From: an uncultured delta proteobacterium
GTDB lineage: Bacteria > Myxococcota_A > Polyangia > Fen-1088
Length of the DNA: 64,000 nucleotides
Reading direction: 5' to 3'
Assembly: GCA_963796685.1 (NCBI GenBank)
Contig: CAWCMR010000022.1
Location: 160,001-224,000, forward strand
Below the pieces are notes generated by a model, which saw only the letters and a program-made list of their open reading frames with translations, was not told the DNA's origin and did not search any database. Positions 1 to 10,026 of this stretch are shown here, one piece after another (positions within the stretch are counted from its first letter, which is position 1; every line of letters begins with the position of its first letter). The position numbers and the translations under genes are program-made.

Positions 1-536
1 CCAAGGATCACGGAAAGCAAATTGTTGAAGTCGTGGGCGATGCCACCCGCGAGACAACCGATGGCTTCCATCTTTTGAGAGGCCTGCAGTTGCGCTTCGA
101 GTTTCTTGCGCTCCTCCTCGGCCCGTTTGCGTTGCGTGATGTCGCGGATGTTGCACTGGACCACTTTGGTCTGCCCCACCCAGTACACGTTGCTGACGAA
201 TTCGACATTGATGAGCCGCCCGTCACGGGTCTCGAGCGGTAAATCGTCGTATCGGACATATTCCTTCTCTTGCAGCTCCCTGAAGACGTCGCGCGAGACG
301 GCGATATCCTTGAAGGGACCCAGATCCCACACTGCTTTCCCGAGAAAGTCCTCGTGAGAATAGCCGAGCAGGGAGATCAGAAAGGGATTGGCATCGACCA
401 CCCGTCCAGACTCGGCATCGAGAATCAAGATGCCATCCTTGGCCGATTCGAAGAGCCGTCGATAGCGCGTCTCGGACGCGCTAAGGTCATTGTCTGCCCG
501 CTGGCGTTCGTTGGCGGTCAAGTATGCAGTCACCAT
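1..536 (-). CDS. PAS-domain sensor histidine kinase, N-terminal part (runs off left edge)
   Basis: Not in ORF track (no stop in window). Manual translation from ATG 536: MVTAYL...[18 protein letters not shown] (PAS)...[12 protein letters not shown]...[22 protein letters not shown] (H-box). Confidence 0.9.
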   Translation of the reverse strand, partial: MVTAYLTANERQRADNDLSASETRYRRLFESAKDGILILDAESGRVVDANPFLISLLGYSHEDFLGKAVWDLGPFKDIAVSRDVFRELQEKEYVRYDDLPLETRDGRLINVEFVSNVYWVGQTKVVQCNIRDITQRKRAEEERKKLEAQLQASQKMEAIGCLAGGIAHDFNNLLSVIL

Positions 537-555
537 TCCCCGGTTAAGCTTTGAG

Positions 556-840
556 TTAGGCGGCGGCGTGCCGGCTCGGGCTGAGGCTCAAGTGGCCGAA
601 TGTCTCGGCGATGAGCTCGTGGCTTGCGGCGGTCCAATCCTCCTGATCGAAGCCATGGGCACAGCCGCGAGCCAGGAATTTTCCATAGGCCCGTTTGGCA
701 ATGTCGGCATCCGAAGCCGACCGCACATCTATGCGCTGCAGGGTGGGGGCAGTCGAAGCACCCTCGGGGTGTCGGACTTGAGGGGAAAGATGATGCGTAT
801 GATGAGGAATCCACTTCTTGCTTTGTCCTGCGGTTTCCAT
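556..840 (-). CDS. DUF2934-like small protein
   Basis: [30 protein letters not shown] matches the DUF2934 pattern; AAGGAG RBS. Confidence 0.75.
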   Translation of the reverse strand: METAGQSKKWIPHHTHHLSPQVRHPEGASTAPTLQRIDVRSASDADIAKRAYGKFLARGCAHGFDQEDWTAASHELIAETFGHLSLSPSRHAAA

Positions 841-872
841 GGGATCTCCTTCTTGGCCTAACGCCTTGGTCC

Positions 873-888
873 TGCAGCATTCGGGCCA
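873..888 (-). promoter_or_regulatory. candidate sigma54 (-24/-12) promoter of DUF2934 gene
   Basis: minus strand TGGCCCGAATGCTGCA (GG-N10-GC), 32 nt upstream of ATG. Confidence 0.6.
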
Positions 889-974
889 CTGCCTGACCCC
901 ATGACTTCAAGCCCTTGCGCTCGTGATTGTCTTGGAACTGCGATTCCTTCAATCAGAATGAAGTGTCTTCCAAT

Positions 975-1520
975 TCAATTCGATGGATAGATCGGGCGTT
1001 CCGGCTCCGGCGAGCTGCGCTCAGAAGTCAGATGGGGAGAGCCTTCCCGCCCGGGACTGCTGCACAGAAAGATGTTTGCCGGCTTCAGGTCCCGGTGAAC
1101 CACTCCCTGCGCGTTGGCGGCGGCAACGCCGCGCATGGCCGGCAATAACAGGGTCAGTGTCGTCTGCAGACTAAGGGCACCGTTCCTTGCCAAGTAGCTC
1201 CCAAGTGTTTCCCCATCGAACAATTCCATCACGATGCACGCCATCCCGTGGTGGTCGATGACGTCGAAGATATTGACCACATTGGGGTGATTGATGCTGC
1301 TCGCGGTTAAGGCTTCACGCCGAAACAGCTCGATGACGTCGGTGTTGGAAGCGAACGACTGAAGTATGAGCTTGAGCGCAACGCGCTTTCCCGTGTGCTC
1401 GTTGATTCCCGCCCAAACCGCGGCCATACCGCCCTTGGCGATAAGCCTCTCGACGCGATAGTGGAGCCCTACGAGCTGGCCAGGTCGCAGGATGGTCTCG
1501 ATGTTGTCGTGCTCGGGCAT
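975..1520 (-). pseudogene. truncated Ser/Thr protein kinase (N-lobe to catalytic loop only)
   Basis: IAKGGMAAV, VALK, HRDLKPANIFL present; no DFG or C-lobe before the stop. Confidence 0.8.
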
Positions 1521-1535
1521 CTCTTTACCCATCAC

Positions 1536-1551
1536 CGCAACAAGGGTGCCA
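1536..1551 (-). promoter_or_regulatory. candidate sigma54 promoter of kinase remnant
   Basis: minus strand TGGCACCCTTGTTGCG, near-consensus. Confidence 0.65.
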
Positions 1552-1691
1552 TCGAAAAGAGCACCGATCGGCGGGGACGGGCTGTCGCTACCTCACTCGA
1601 AGTGAACGAGGTGGCAAGTCATCTTGATGGGGCTTCGCGTACTCTCTTGGAACTACGCGAAGATGACTTGTGCAAAGGGCGCGGCCGAATT

Positions 1692-1707
1692 TGGACCGTT
1701 TCTTGCG
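1692..1707 (+). promoter_or_regulatory. candidate sigma54 promoter of CBS gene
   Basis: TGGACCGTTTCTTGCG (GG-N10-GC), about 30 nt before ATG. Confidence 0.55.
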
Positions 1708-1735
1708 TAGACCCTGACTTCAAAGGAGCTCAACC

Positions 1736-2329
1736 ATGCATTGCAGAGAGATCATGAGTCATGACGTTCAGTGGATCCTGCCTGGGAAATCCGTCGCGGA
1801 GGCCGCCAAGCTAATGGCCTTTCACAACCTGGGCGTGCTGCCGGTGTGCAGTGCCGACGGCAAACCCGTCGGAGTCATCACGGATCGTGATATCGCGTTG
1901 CGGGTGATCGGAAAGGACCGGCTTGCCGCACAGACCGTTGCGAAGGACGTGATGTCTGTTCCCGTGCACTCGGTGACGGAGGATTGCCCCGTGGAGCGCG
2001 CGGGCGAGATCATGGCCGAGGCGAGTGTGTCGCGCCTACTGGTGCTGGACAAAGACGGCCATCTCACCGGCATTGTCAGCGTGGCCGACCTGCTGGTTCA
2101 CGCGCCCGGGAAGCACGCCTTGGAAGCGGCCCGCGGCATCTACGCCAGAGAGATGGGTGACCGCTCCGCCGGCCACCCGCACCGCGCATCCAAGCCCACC
2201 CCCGAGTACTTCCATGGCGCGCGTGACAGAACCCCAGACCTCGATTCGGTCCCGGACAACCAAGCCCGCATCGAGGCCAACAGCGTGGTCCGAGGCGGCA
2301 GTAATGGCTTGAAGGAATTCCCGGGCTAG
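1736..2329 (+). CDS. CBS-domain pair protein
   Basis: LGVLPV...PVGVITDRDI and RLLVLD...LTGIVSVADL; AAGGAG RBS. Confidence 0.9.
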   Translation: MHCREIMSHDVQWILPGKSVAEAAKLMAFHNLGVLPVCSADGKPVGVITDRDIALRVIGKDRLAAQTVAKDVMSVPVHSVTEDCPVERAGEIMAEASVSRLLVLDKDGHLTGIVSVADLLVHAPGKHALEAARGIYAREMGDRSAGHPHRASKPTPEYFHGARDRTPDLDSVPDNQARIEANSVVRGGSNGLKEFPG

Positions 2330-2389
2330 CAGCCCGCGGTAGGGGGCAGTGGACCGAGCGGCTTGTCTCGCCAGCCCCCTACACTTGCC

Positions 2390-2647
2390 TTATCGCAGGA
2401 GCAACCCCGCCGCCGCCCAGCCGCCTCCGATGAGGAGCACCAGCCACACGAAGTCGCCGCCCCGGCCCCAAGCACGGTGTTTGGCCGCCACGGGGTTGGG
2501 CGAGTAGGCCGCCTGCAGGGCACGCCGACGCTGAACGTACCTCGGGTAGGGCGGCCCCCAACCTCGGTACCCCCAGCCGTATCCGACGGGGGACAAGAAG
2601 AACATGAACATGAATCCCATCCAAAGAAACCACAACGTGTTGCTCAT
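2390..2647 (-). CDS. small hypothetical membrane protein (Gly/Trp/Tyr-rich)
   Basis: MSNTLWFLWMGFMFMFFLSP-GYGWGYRGWGPPYP; two hydrophobic segments. Confidence 0.65.
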   Translation of the reverse strand: MSNTLWFLWMGFMFMFFLSPVGYGWGYRGWGPPYPRYVQRRRALQAAYSPNPVAAKHRAWGRGGDFVWLVLLIGGGWAAAGLLLR

Positions 2648-2675
2648 CGATGACTCGCTTTCGCTCCCAGTGCTA

Positions 2676-2692
2676 AGCAACGCCGGTGCCAA
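2676..2692 (-). promoter_or_regulatory. candidate sigma54 promoter
   Basis: minus strand TTGGCACCGGCGTTGCT, near-perfect consensus. Confidence 0.7.
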
Positions 2693-2780
2693 TCTTCTAT
2701 GCGGCCGCGAAAGAGCCGAAAACACGGTCACCCGGGAATGCTCGACACGGTCACTCCGGTCGGCACTGGCACGCGCTCAA

Positions 2781-3515
2781 TCAAGATGAGGTGCTTTGGG
2801 GTCCATTCGAGAGAGAGGGCCGAGCGAAAAGCGCGCTATCGAGCTCGAGCAGATCGCCGATGCGTTTCACGCTGGCGTCCGCCTGCGGATAGCTTGCCAG
2901 GATCTTGGCATCGCGCGCGTAGTGTCCCTGGCGCACGAAGACGGTCGTCACCCGCGACTTCCAGCGCTTCTTGATGGCTGCAAGCAGGGCCAGCTTGTCG
3001 TCCACAACCACGTAGTGTGCTGCGGGGTGCCGGGCTTCCACGTCGGCCAGCTCGACTTCTTTGTGCACGTAGATCAGCACGCGCCCCTCGACCGCTTGGC
3101 GGAGCCCGGAGCGGTCTACCTTGTGGGGCTGGAACACGACGTCGCCGTCGGTAAGAAGAACCGCGGAGCCCAAGCGGTTGGCGTACTCGAGGACAGCGAG
3201 GGCTTTGGGAAAGAGCCGCTTGGCAAACGGGTATTCGATGAGAAATCGAGAAACCGCCAACAGCCCGAGGTCGTGGGGATAGTCACGGCGAAAGCCCTGC
3301 AGGGCGCCCAAGTAGTCGGCATAGCCAAGCCGGGCTCGTAGCTGCTCGAAGATCGCCCAGTAGCAGTGCGCCCGCTTGGGACCGACCTCGCGACGGAGGT
3401 AGGTATTGAGGTCGGCAATGACCTGGTCATTGTCCAGCAAGGTGTTGTCGACATCGAACAGGAAGACGATCTTCTCTCGACTTGCAGGATTGGAATTTTT
3501 GCGGGGCGCTCGCAT
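2781..3515 (-). CDS. HAD-superfamily hydrolase
   Basis: FLFDVDNTLLD motif I; VVVDDK motif IV. Confidence 0.85.
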   Translation of the reverse strand: MRAPRKNSNPASREKIVFLFDVDNTLLDNDQVIADLNTYLRREVGPKRAHCYWAIFEQLRARLGYADYLGALQGFRRDYPHDLGLLAVSRFLIEYPFAKRLFPKALAVLEYANRLGSAVLLTDGDVVFQPHKVDRSGLRQAVEGRVLIYVHKEVELADVEARHPAAHYVVVDDKLALLAAIKKRWKSRVTTVFVRQGHYARDAKILASYPQADASVKRIGDLLELDSALFARPSLSNGPQSTSS

Positions 3516-3530
3516 GGGATTGGGCCGAGG

Positions 3531-4271
3531 TCACAAGTGTACCAGGAACTCGTTCAACGCGACGACGACCTCGGCGGGGATTTCGTGTCCGCCGTCGAAG
3601 GGGAACCAAGTCACCAGCATTCCGGCGGCCGCCATCTCGGCGTGCATGCGATCCGCGATCTCGAACGATAGGATGGGATCGGTTCTGCCGTGGGACATGA
3701 AGACGTGCAGGCCTTTGCGGTGGGCGTAGTTCTGCCGCCACGACGCCTCGTCGACCGGGGCGCCCGAAAGCAGTACCAGCGCGCGCAGAGGTTCGTCCGA
3801 TTGGAACGCCACCTGGGCCGCCACCATGGCCCCTTGCGAGAAGCCGCCGAGAATGAAGGGCTGCGAGGCGCGGTTGCCCCGCCGCGCAAGCAGCGCGCGC
3901 ACAGCTTGCGCCGCGACCACGATGCCCGCGGGTTTCTCCGCGGAGAGATCGGCGCCCAGCGCTCCATCGCGCATGTTCGACGCCAGGTCCAAATGCCACC
4001 ACGCGCGCCCTGTGGGTGCTCCGTCCGTGCGCTTTTCCGACTGGGGTCCGCGCGGAAAGATGAAGCGGGTGCTGGGCGGCATGTGGATGGACTTCAAGAA
4101 GGGCAGCCAATCCTTCTCCGACGAGCAGTAGCCGTGCAGCAGGACGACGGTGGGCGGGCCTTTGCCGCCCTTGGTGATCGCGGACAGGCTCGGGACGCGG
4201 GGCGGTCGTGCCATGGCGCTCGCGACCACGACAACTCCTAGTAAGCCAAGTACAGTTCGCCTCCGATTCAT
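3531..4271 (-). CDS. phospholipase/carboxylesterase (alpha/beta hydrolase), probably exported
   Basis: LLHG, GGFSQG nucleophile, HGRTD, GGHEI; N-terminal signal-like segment. Confidence 0.9.
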   Translation of the reverse strand: MNRRRTVLGLLGVVVVASAMARPPRVPSLSAITKGGKGPPTVVLLHGYCSSEKDWLPFLKSIHMPPSTRFIFPRGPQSEKRTDGAPTGRAWWHLDLASNMRDGALGADLSAEKPAGIVVAAQAVRALLARRGNRASQPFILGGFSQGAMVAAQVAFQSDEPLRALVLLSGAPVDEASWRQNYAHRKGLHVFMSHGRTDPILSFEIADRMHAEMAAAGMLVTWFPFDGGHEIPAEVVVALNEFLVHL

Positions 4272-4319
4272 GCACCTGCGTCCGGCTGATCCGTGCCTGG
4301 ATCCATAGCGCCCGAACGG

Positions 4320-4622
4320 CTACGCCGCCAGCTTCGAGCTGGCGGTTAGCGCGGGTAGGCTGGTCCAGCAGTGGCCGCAACGCGAAGCCCCGAGCGCGCA
4401 TGTGTGCTTGCACGTCGGGCACTCGCGAAATTTGGGCTCGGTGCCGAGATCCAGCATCTCGACCAGGCGCGACCAGGTCGTGTCGAGCGCGGACTTGGGG
4501 GTCTGGCTTTCGGCGGTCGTGGCCGCGCCAGGGGCGAGCGCAATCTCCTTGCCCACGGCCGCAACCAGGGTGCGCAGCCGGGACAGATCGGCACCAGAGA
4601 ACGAGAGCATCAGATTGTTCAT
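4320..4622 (-). CDS. hypothetical protein with C-terminal zinc ribbon
   Basis: CPTC...CGHC; AGGAG RBS. Confidence 0.65.
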   Translation of the reverse strand: MNNLMLSFSGADLSRLRTLVAAVGKEIALAPGAATTAESQTPKSALDTTWSRLVEMLDLGTEPKFRECPTCKHTCALGASRCGHCWTSLPALTASSKLAA

Positions 4623-4647
4623 GGACTATCTCCTGGGCAGGATCCAC

Positions 4648-4663
4648 AGCACGTTCCGGGCCA
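4648..4663 (-). promoter_or_regulatory. candidate sigma54 promoter
   Basis: minus strand TGGCCCGGAACGTGCT (GG-N10-GC), 25 nt before ATG. Confidence 0.55.
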
Positions 4664-4819
4664 CCCGGTCGAAGTGAATCATTCCCGGCACCTGGCGCGC
4701 CGCCGCCAGCTGCAGCAGCCGCGGATCCCATCATAATGGTGGTGCCGCTGCGTCGTTTCGACGGAGCCGAAGCGATGAAGTGGGTGGCGGGACAGCGTAT
4801 CTGGGGTAGGACGTAACGG

Positions 4820-5635
4820 GTGAGGGCCACCCTGCTCGGACGAGACGAACCCCCAGCTTTCGGTGTGGCGGGCCGCGATGGCCGTTCGCCGTTCGTGCTG
4901 ATCTGCGACCACGCGGGTCACCGCTTGCCGCGTTCGCTGGGTTCGCTTGGCCTGTCCGCCGAGGAGCTTGTCAGCCACATCGCTTGGGACATCGGCGCGG
5001 GCAAGGTCGCGACGAAGCTTGCGGCGGCGCTCGACGCCTTCGTCGCATGGCAGCCGTATTCTCGACTGGCTATCGATTGCAATCGCCCGCTCGACGCCGC
5101 CGATTCCATCGTCACCCGCAGTGAAAGGGTCGTTGTCCCAGGAAACCGGAACCTGGAGCCGCGGGACGCCGAAGCGCGCGCCCGAGGAATCTTCGTTCCC
5201 TACCACGCGCAAATTCAGGCCGAGCTGAATCGACGGAGAGATGAAGGCATTCCCAGTCTCCTCGTGTCCGTCCACAGCTTCACGCCTGTCTTTCTGGACG
5301 TACCCCGTCCATGGCACGTCGGTGTTCTTGCCAACCGGGACACGCGACTGGCCGAGCCGCTCTTGCGTCTGTTGCGCCAAGAAGGGGATCTCGTCGTCGG
5401 TTTCAACCAGCCCTACGCCGCCAGCGAGGCCTCGGACTTCTCCATCATTCATCACGGCGAAGAGCGTGGCATTCCGCCCGTGGAAATCGAAATTCGACAG
5501 GACCTCGTCGCCGACGAAGCGGGGCAGATTGCCTGGGCAGAGCGACTCGCACGCCTGCTCGCGGTCGCCTCCCGAACCCTCCGTCCTGAAAAGCAAACCC
5601 AGCACTCGCAAGGAGCACCATGGAAATCCGCGTAG
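4820..5635 (+). CDS. N-formylglutamate amidohydrolase family protein
   Basis: CDHAG, HIAWDIGA, SRLAIDCNR, VSVHSFTP, EIEIRQDL. Confidence 0.9.
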   Translation: MRATLLGRDEPPAFGVAGRDGRSPFVLICDHAGHRLPRSLGSLGLSAEELVSHIAWDIGAGKVATKLAAALDAFVAWQPYSRLAIDCNRPLDAADSIVTRSERVVVPGNRNLEPRDAEARARGIFVPYHAQIQAELNRRRDEGIPSLLVSVHSFTPVFLDVPRPWHVGVLANRDTRLAEPLLRLLRQEGDLVVGFNQPYAASEASDFSIIHHGEERGIPPVEIEIRQDLVADEAGQIAWAERLARLLAVASRTLRPEKQTQHSQGAPWKSA

Positions 5636-6432
5636 GTTACGAATTGCAGTACGAGCTTCCCCAACCCACGCCCATGCTGTTGACCCTGCACGTGCACTAC
5701 AGTCGAGCGTCGGATCTGGTGCGGCCCGACCACATGATCGCGACACCCGCGGTCCCCATGGCCGCGTACCGAGACGGCTTTGGCAACTGGTGCACGCGCC
5801 TCGTCGCCCCGCAAGGCCGGTTCAGCGTCACCGCGGATACCATCGTGAAGGACACGGGCATTCCCGACGCCATATTTCCCTCGGCCCTGCAGCACCCCGT
5901 GCAGCAGTTACCGGAGGAGACGTTGGTGTTCTTGCTCGGAAGTCGTTACTGCGAGACGGATCGCTTGTCGGAAACCGCGTGGAAGTTGTTCTCCGCGGCG
6001 CCTCTCGGCTGGGCACGGGTGCAGGCGATTTGCGACTTCGTTCATCAGCACATCCAGTTCGGATACGAATATGCCAGCCCGACCAAGTCGGCGTGGGACG
6101 TGTACATCGACCGCAAAGGCGTGTGTCGCGACTTCGCCCACCTGGCCATCGCGCTCTGCCGCTGTCTGAATATCCCGGCGCGCTACTGCACGGGCTACCT
6201 CGGCGACATCGGCTTGCCGCCGCCCTATGCCGCGATGGACTTTGCCGGATGGTTCGAGGCTTACCTCGGCGGGGCGTGGCACACCTTCGATCCGCGCAAC
6301 AACGCCCCGCGCATTGGCCGCGTGCTCATCGCCCGCGGTCGCGACGCTGCCGACGTCGCCATCACCACGACCTTCGGCCCAAACACCTTGCAGGGCTTCC
6401 GGGTTTGGACGGACGAAGTCGCCAGCCCTTAG
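5620..6432 (+). CDS. transglutaminase-like family protein
   Basis: GVCRDFAHLAIALCR, ARYCTGYLGDIG, IARGRDAADV. Confidence 0.9.
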   Translation: MEIRVGYELQYELPQPTPMLLTLHVHYSRASDLVRPDHMIATPAVPMAAYRDGFGNWCTRLVAPQGRFSVTADTIVKDTGIPDAIFPSALQHPVQQLPEETLVFLLGSRYCETDRLSETAWKLFSAAPLGWARVQAICDFVHQHIQFGYEYASPTKSAWDVYIDRKGVCRDFAHLAIALCRCLNIPARYCTGYLGDIGLPPPYAAMDFAGWFEAYLGGAWHTFDPRNNAPRIGRVLIARGRDAADVAITTTFGPNTLQGFRVWTDEVASP

Positions 6433-6554
6433 TCTAGTCAGTCTGCCAAGTCGGTCCTTCTTGGCCGGCGACCAACCAAAGTTGTCGGGAACCACGGGTC
6501 TTCTCTAGCAGCCCAGTCGGCGGTTCGGACAGGGCCCCGTGCTAGAAGGTGCCC

Positions 6555-7586
6555 ATGGACCACGAAATCCAACCTGCCGAGCTGAGACGCGCTGTCACTC
6601 GACACGAGATCGCGGCCTGGATTTTGATGGCCGCTGGGCTGCTCCTGGTGTTGAAGCTGCGCCTGCTCTCGGCGCTCTTGGCAGGACTGCTGGTGTACGA
6701 GCTTGTCCACATCGCCGTGCTGAGGCTGCGGCGCCGACTGTCGAACAAGCGAGCCGAGATGGTGGCGGTGACAACTCTGGCGTTCCTTGTCATCGGCGTG
6801 GTGGCGGCCGCGGTGATGGGTTTGGTGGCCCTGGTACGTAGTGAAGGGCATCTCGCCAACTTGCTGGAAAAGCTGGCCGACAGTGTCTCTCTCGCGCGGG
6901 CCAACCTGCCGGCCGCACTGTCTGAAGGGCTGCCGGCCAACGCCGACGCATTGAAGGACGCGACCGTGGATTGGTTGCGATTGCACGCGAAGGAGATTCG
7001 CACCCTCGGGGCCGACTTTGGCCGGACGCTCGTCCACATCGTCGTCGGACTGGTGATCGGCGTGATGCTGTCGCTGACCGACCTGCGCTCACGCAAGGTC
7101 GAACGGCCCTTGGCGCACGCGTTGGCCGAACGCATGTCCCGCCTGGGCAATGTCTTTCGCCGCATCATCTTCGCGCAGCTTCGCATCTCGGCCATCAACA
7201 CTTTTCTGACCGCCGTATTTCTTCTGGCCGGACTGCCGATCTTCGGTGTGCATCTGCCGCTTGCCAAGACGCTGGTGGTCCTGACCTTCGTGGTGGGCCT
7301 CTTGCCGGTGATTGGCAATCTGATCTCGAACACGGTGGTGGTCGTGGTCGGACTCAGTGTCTCACCCTACGTCGCGTTAGCCGCATTGATATTTCTGATC
7401 GTTATTCACAAGCTGGAGTACTTTCTCAACGCGCGCATCGTGGGCGCGCAAATCAACGCGCGAGCCTGGGAGCTCCTGACGGCCATGCTGCTGATGGAAG
7501 CCGCGTTCGGTGTCGCCGGTGTCGTCGCGGCGCCCATCTACTACGCGTACGTGAAGGACGAGCTGACCGCGCAGGAGTTGGTATGA
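6555..7586 (+). CDS. AI-2E family transporter
   Basis: multi-TM; GLLPVIGNLISN, HKLEYFLNARIVG. Confidence 0.85.
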   Translation: MDHEIQPAELRRAVTRHEIAAWILMAAGLLLVLKLRLLSALLAGLLVYELVHIAVLRLRRRLSNKRAEMVAVTTLAFLVIGVVAAAVMGLVALVRSEGHLANLLEKLADSVSLARANLPAALSEGLPANADALKDATVDWLRLHAKEIRTLGADFGRTLVHIVVGLVIGVMLSLTDLRSRKVERPLAHALAERMSRLGNVFRRIIFAQLRISAINTFLTAVFLLAGLPIFGVHLPLAKTLVVLTFVVGLLPVIGNLISNTVVVVVGLSVSPYVALAALIFLIVIHKLEYFLNARIVGAQINARAWELLTAMLLMEAAFGVAGVVAAPIYYAYVKDELTAQELV

Positions 7587-9058
7587 GTGCTTCAAAGGTG
7601 GAAGAAGACCCATCGGCCTCAGAGCTGGCGTACAGCCTGCTGAGGCGCGACGCAATGAACCGCGAGGACGTGAACTATCGCTTGGTGGTCGACTCGACAC
7701 CGGCGCTGGTGTTCAGCGCGCGTCCGGACGGCTATGTCGACTACTTCAACCAGCGCTGGTTCGACTACTTGGGCGTTGCGCCAGCGGCACTGGAAGGGTG
7801 GGGGTGGATGAGCTTCATCCACCCCGACGATCGCGAGGAGCAGCTCCGGCGCTGGCGCACCTCGATCATCGACGGCCAGCCGGCCGCGTCCCAGTCCCGC
7901 GTGGCCAACGCGAAAGGTGAATACCGCTGGATGCTGCACCGGACGGAGTCATTGCGCGACGAGGCCGGTAACGTCATTCGGTGGTTCGGCACCAGCATTG
8001 ACATCGAGGACCTGAAGCGCGCCCAGCGCGAGGTCGACGAGCTCAAGGAACGCCTGTACAAGGAGAATATCGCCCTTCGCGAAGAGCTGACCCAGACGTC
8101 GATGTTCGAGGAGATCATCGGAACGTCGGCCCCGCTCCGCCGCGTCCTCGCGCTGGTGGAGAAGGTGGCGAGCTCGGATTCAACGGTGCTGATTACAGGT
8201 GAGACCGGGACCGGAAAAGAGCTGATCGCCCGCGCCATCCACAAACGATCGCCGCGTGCTGCCCGGCCGTTCGTTTCCGTGAACTGCGGCGCCATCGCGC
8301 CATCCCTCGTCGTCTCCGAGCTGTTCGGCCACGAAAAGGGAGCTTTCACGGGCGCGACGCAGCGGCGACCCGGTCGGTTCGAGCTCGCGGACGGGGGAAC
8401 CATCTTCCTCGACGAGGCGGGCGAGCTGCCTGCTGAGACGCAGGTCGCCTTGCTGCGGGTGTTGCAAGAGCGGACGTTCGAGCGAATCGGCGGCACCAAG
8501 CCCATCCCCGTCGATGTGCGCGTCATCGCCGCCACGAACCGCGACCTCGACGAGGCGATCGCGGACGGTTCGTTCAGAAGGGATCTCTATTACCGGCTCA
8601 GCGTCTTTCCGATTCAGATGCCGCCACTGCGCGACCGGGCCGCAGACATCCCCTGGCTGGTCGAGTATCTGACGCGTCGGTATGCGATGAAAGCGGGGAA
8701 GAGAATCGCGAAGGTGAGCCGCAAGACCATCGATCTGCTCACGGCCTACGACTGGCCCGGCAACATCCGCGAGCTGCAGAACGTGATCGAACGGGCTGTC
8801 ATCCTTTGCGATGAGACCTTGGTGGTCGATGACTCGTGGCTGGACCAAAGACCGGCGCAGTCGACCGGCGCCCCGCACCTCCTCGGTCGGCCCAGCACCA
8901 GCGAAGAGAAGAAGCTGATCGAAAGCGCGCTGACCGAGTCGAAGGGGCGCGTTGCGGGGACGGACGGCGCGGCCGCGAGGCTCGGCATCCCGCGCTCCAC
9001 GCTCGAGTCGAAGATTCGGTCGCTCCACATCGACAAGCATCGATTCCGGTCCAAATAG
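7583..9058 (+). CDS. PAS-domain sigma54-dependent transcriptional activator (bEBP)
   Basis: PAS (IHPDDRE...RWFGTSIDI), GETGTGKE, ELFGHEKGAFTGA, WPGNIREL, C-terminal HTH; ATGA overlap with AI-2E gene. Confidence 0.92.
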   Translation: MSASKVEEDPSASELAYSLLRRDAMNREDVNYRLVVDSTPALVFSARPDGYVDYFNQRWFDYLGVAPAALEGWGWMSFIHPDDREEQLRRWRTSIIDGQPAASQSRVANAKGEYRWMLHRTESLRDEAGNVIRWFGTSIDIEDLKRAQREVDELKERLYKENIALREELTQTSMFEEIIGTSAPLRRVLALVEKVASSDSTVLITGETGTGKELIARAIHKRSPRAARPFVSVNCGAIAPSLVVSELFGHEKGAFTGATQRRPGRFELADGGTIFLDEAGELPAETQVALLRVLQERTFERIGGTKPIPVDVRVIAATNRDLDEAIADGSFRRDLYYRLSVFPIQMPPLRDRAADIPWLVEYLTRRYAMKAGKRIAKVSRKTIDLLTAYDWPGNIRELQNVIERAVILCDETLVVDDSWLDQRPAQSTGAPHLLGRPSTSEEKKLIESALTESKGRVAGTDGAAARLGIPRSTLESKIRSLHIDKHRFRSK

Positions 9059-9064
9059 CGGCAG

Positions 9065-9103
9065 AGCTCGACACCGGCGGTGTCGAAGCTCGCCATTTGG
9101 CGA
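9065..9103. promoter_or_regulatory. two palindromes: candidate bEBP upstream activator sites or terminator
   Basis: TCGACACCG-G-CGGTGTCGA and TCGCCA-TT-TGGCGA, about 55-90 nt upstream of a sigma54 motif. Confidence 0.4.
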
Positions 9104-9155
9104 GAGTCGCCAGCCCGGTGCAGCCCGGGGGGCCTGCAAAATCGCGCACTTGCCG

Positions 9156-9172
9156 TTGGCATCGCCTTTGCG
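9156..9172 (+). promoter_or_regulatory. candidate sigma54 promoter of DUF1269 gene
   Basis: TTGGCATCGCCTTTGCG. Confidence 0.7.
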
Positions 9173-9227
9173 ATGACAGCACCTCGTGATCCTGGAAATT
9201 CCAACCAAACAACAAGGAGGTAAAGCG

Positions 9228-9950
9228 ATGGAACGAATGTTGGTGGTCGTCTTCGACGACGAAAGCAAAGCATGTGACGGCAAGTCTGCACTACGCCAGC
9301 TCGAGATCGAGGGCAGCCTCACAATCTACAGGGCTGCGGTGGTTGCCAAAAACGCCGATGGCACAACCGCTGTCAAGCAATACGATGACGTGAACCCGAG
9401 CGGCACTCTCGTCGGGACGACCATCGGGGGTCTGATTGGACTCTTGGGCGGCCCTGTGGGGGTCGCTATCGGTGCCGTCTCCGGACTCACGCTGGGGGCG
9501 CTCTCGGACGTTGGCAGCGCCCGCGTCGGTGAGGACTACGTCGAAGAAGTCTCGATGTCGCTGACCCCTGGCAAGTTCGCGGTGGTCGCCGAGATCGAGG
9601 AGGGTTGGACGACCCCGGTCGACACCCGTATGGGCGCCCTCGGTGGAACCGTCATTCGCCGCGCGCTCTGGGAGATACGGGACCAGTTGCGTAAGGATGA
9701 GATCGACGCCCTGAAAGCGGACCTGGCGCAGCTCAAGGCGGAGCTCGCGAGTGCCAACGAAAAGCGCCGCACGAAGCTGCGAGGCCGGATCGATCAACTT
9801 CAGACACGAATCGATCAACAGAAGAAGCAAGCGCAAGAGTCGCTGCAGGCGTTTCAAGCGCGCGCAGCCCAGAAGCGAGATCTCTTCAAGAAGAACGCGT
9901 CCGCGGTGGGACAGGCCCTCAAGGAGCTGGTGAAGACCCCGCGAGTGTAA
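9228..9950 (+). CDS. DUF1269-like membrane protein with coiled-coil tail
   Basis: glycine zipper GTTIGGLIGLLGGPVGVAIGA; AAGGAGG RBS. Confidence 0.8.
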   Translation: MERMLVVVFDDESKACDGKSALRQLEIEGSLTIYRAAVVAKNADGTTAVKQYDDVNPSGTLVGTTIGGLIGLLGGPVGVAIGAVSGLTLGALSDVGSARVGEDYVEEVSMSLTPGKFAVVAEIEEGWTTPVDTRMGALGGTVIRRALWEIRDQLRKDEIDALKADLAQLKAELASANEKRRTKLRGRIDQLQTRIDQQKKQAQESLQAFQARAAQKRDLFKKNASAVGQALKELVKTPRV

Positions 9951-10026
9951 ACACCCGGGCGCGCGGAATCCTCGTACGCCGAGGTCCGCGCGCCATTGCT
10001 AGGTAGAATCATACAAGGAGCACACT

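Noticed and set aside
6971-7582. N-terminal extension of the 695-aa bEBP ORF
   Set aside because: Overlaps the AI-2E gene; the ATGA-coupled start at 7583 is more plausible
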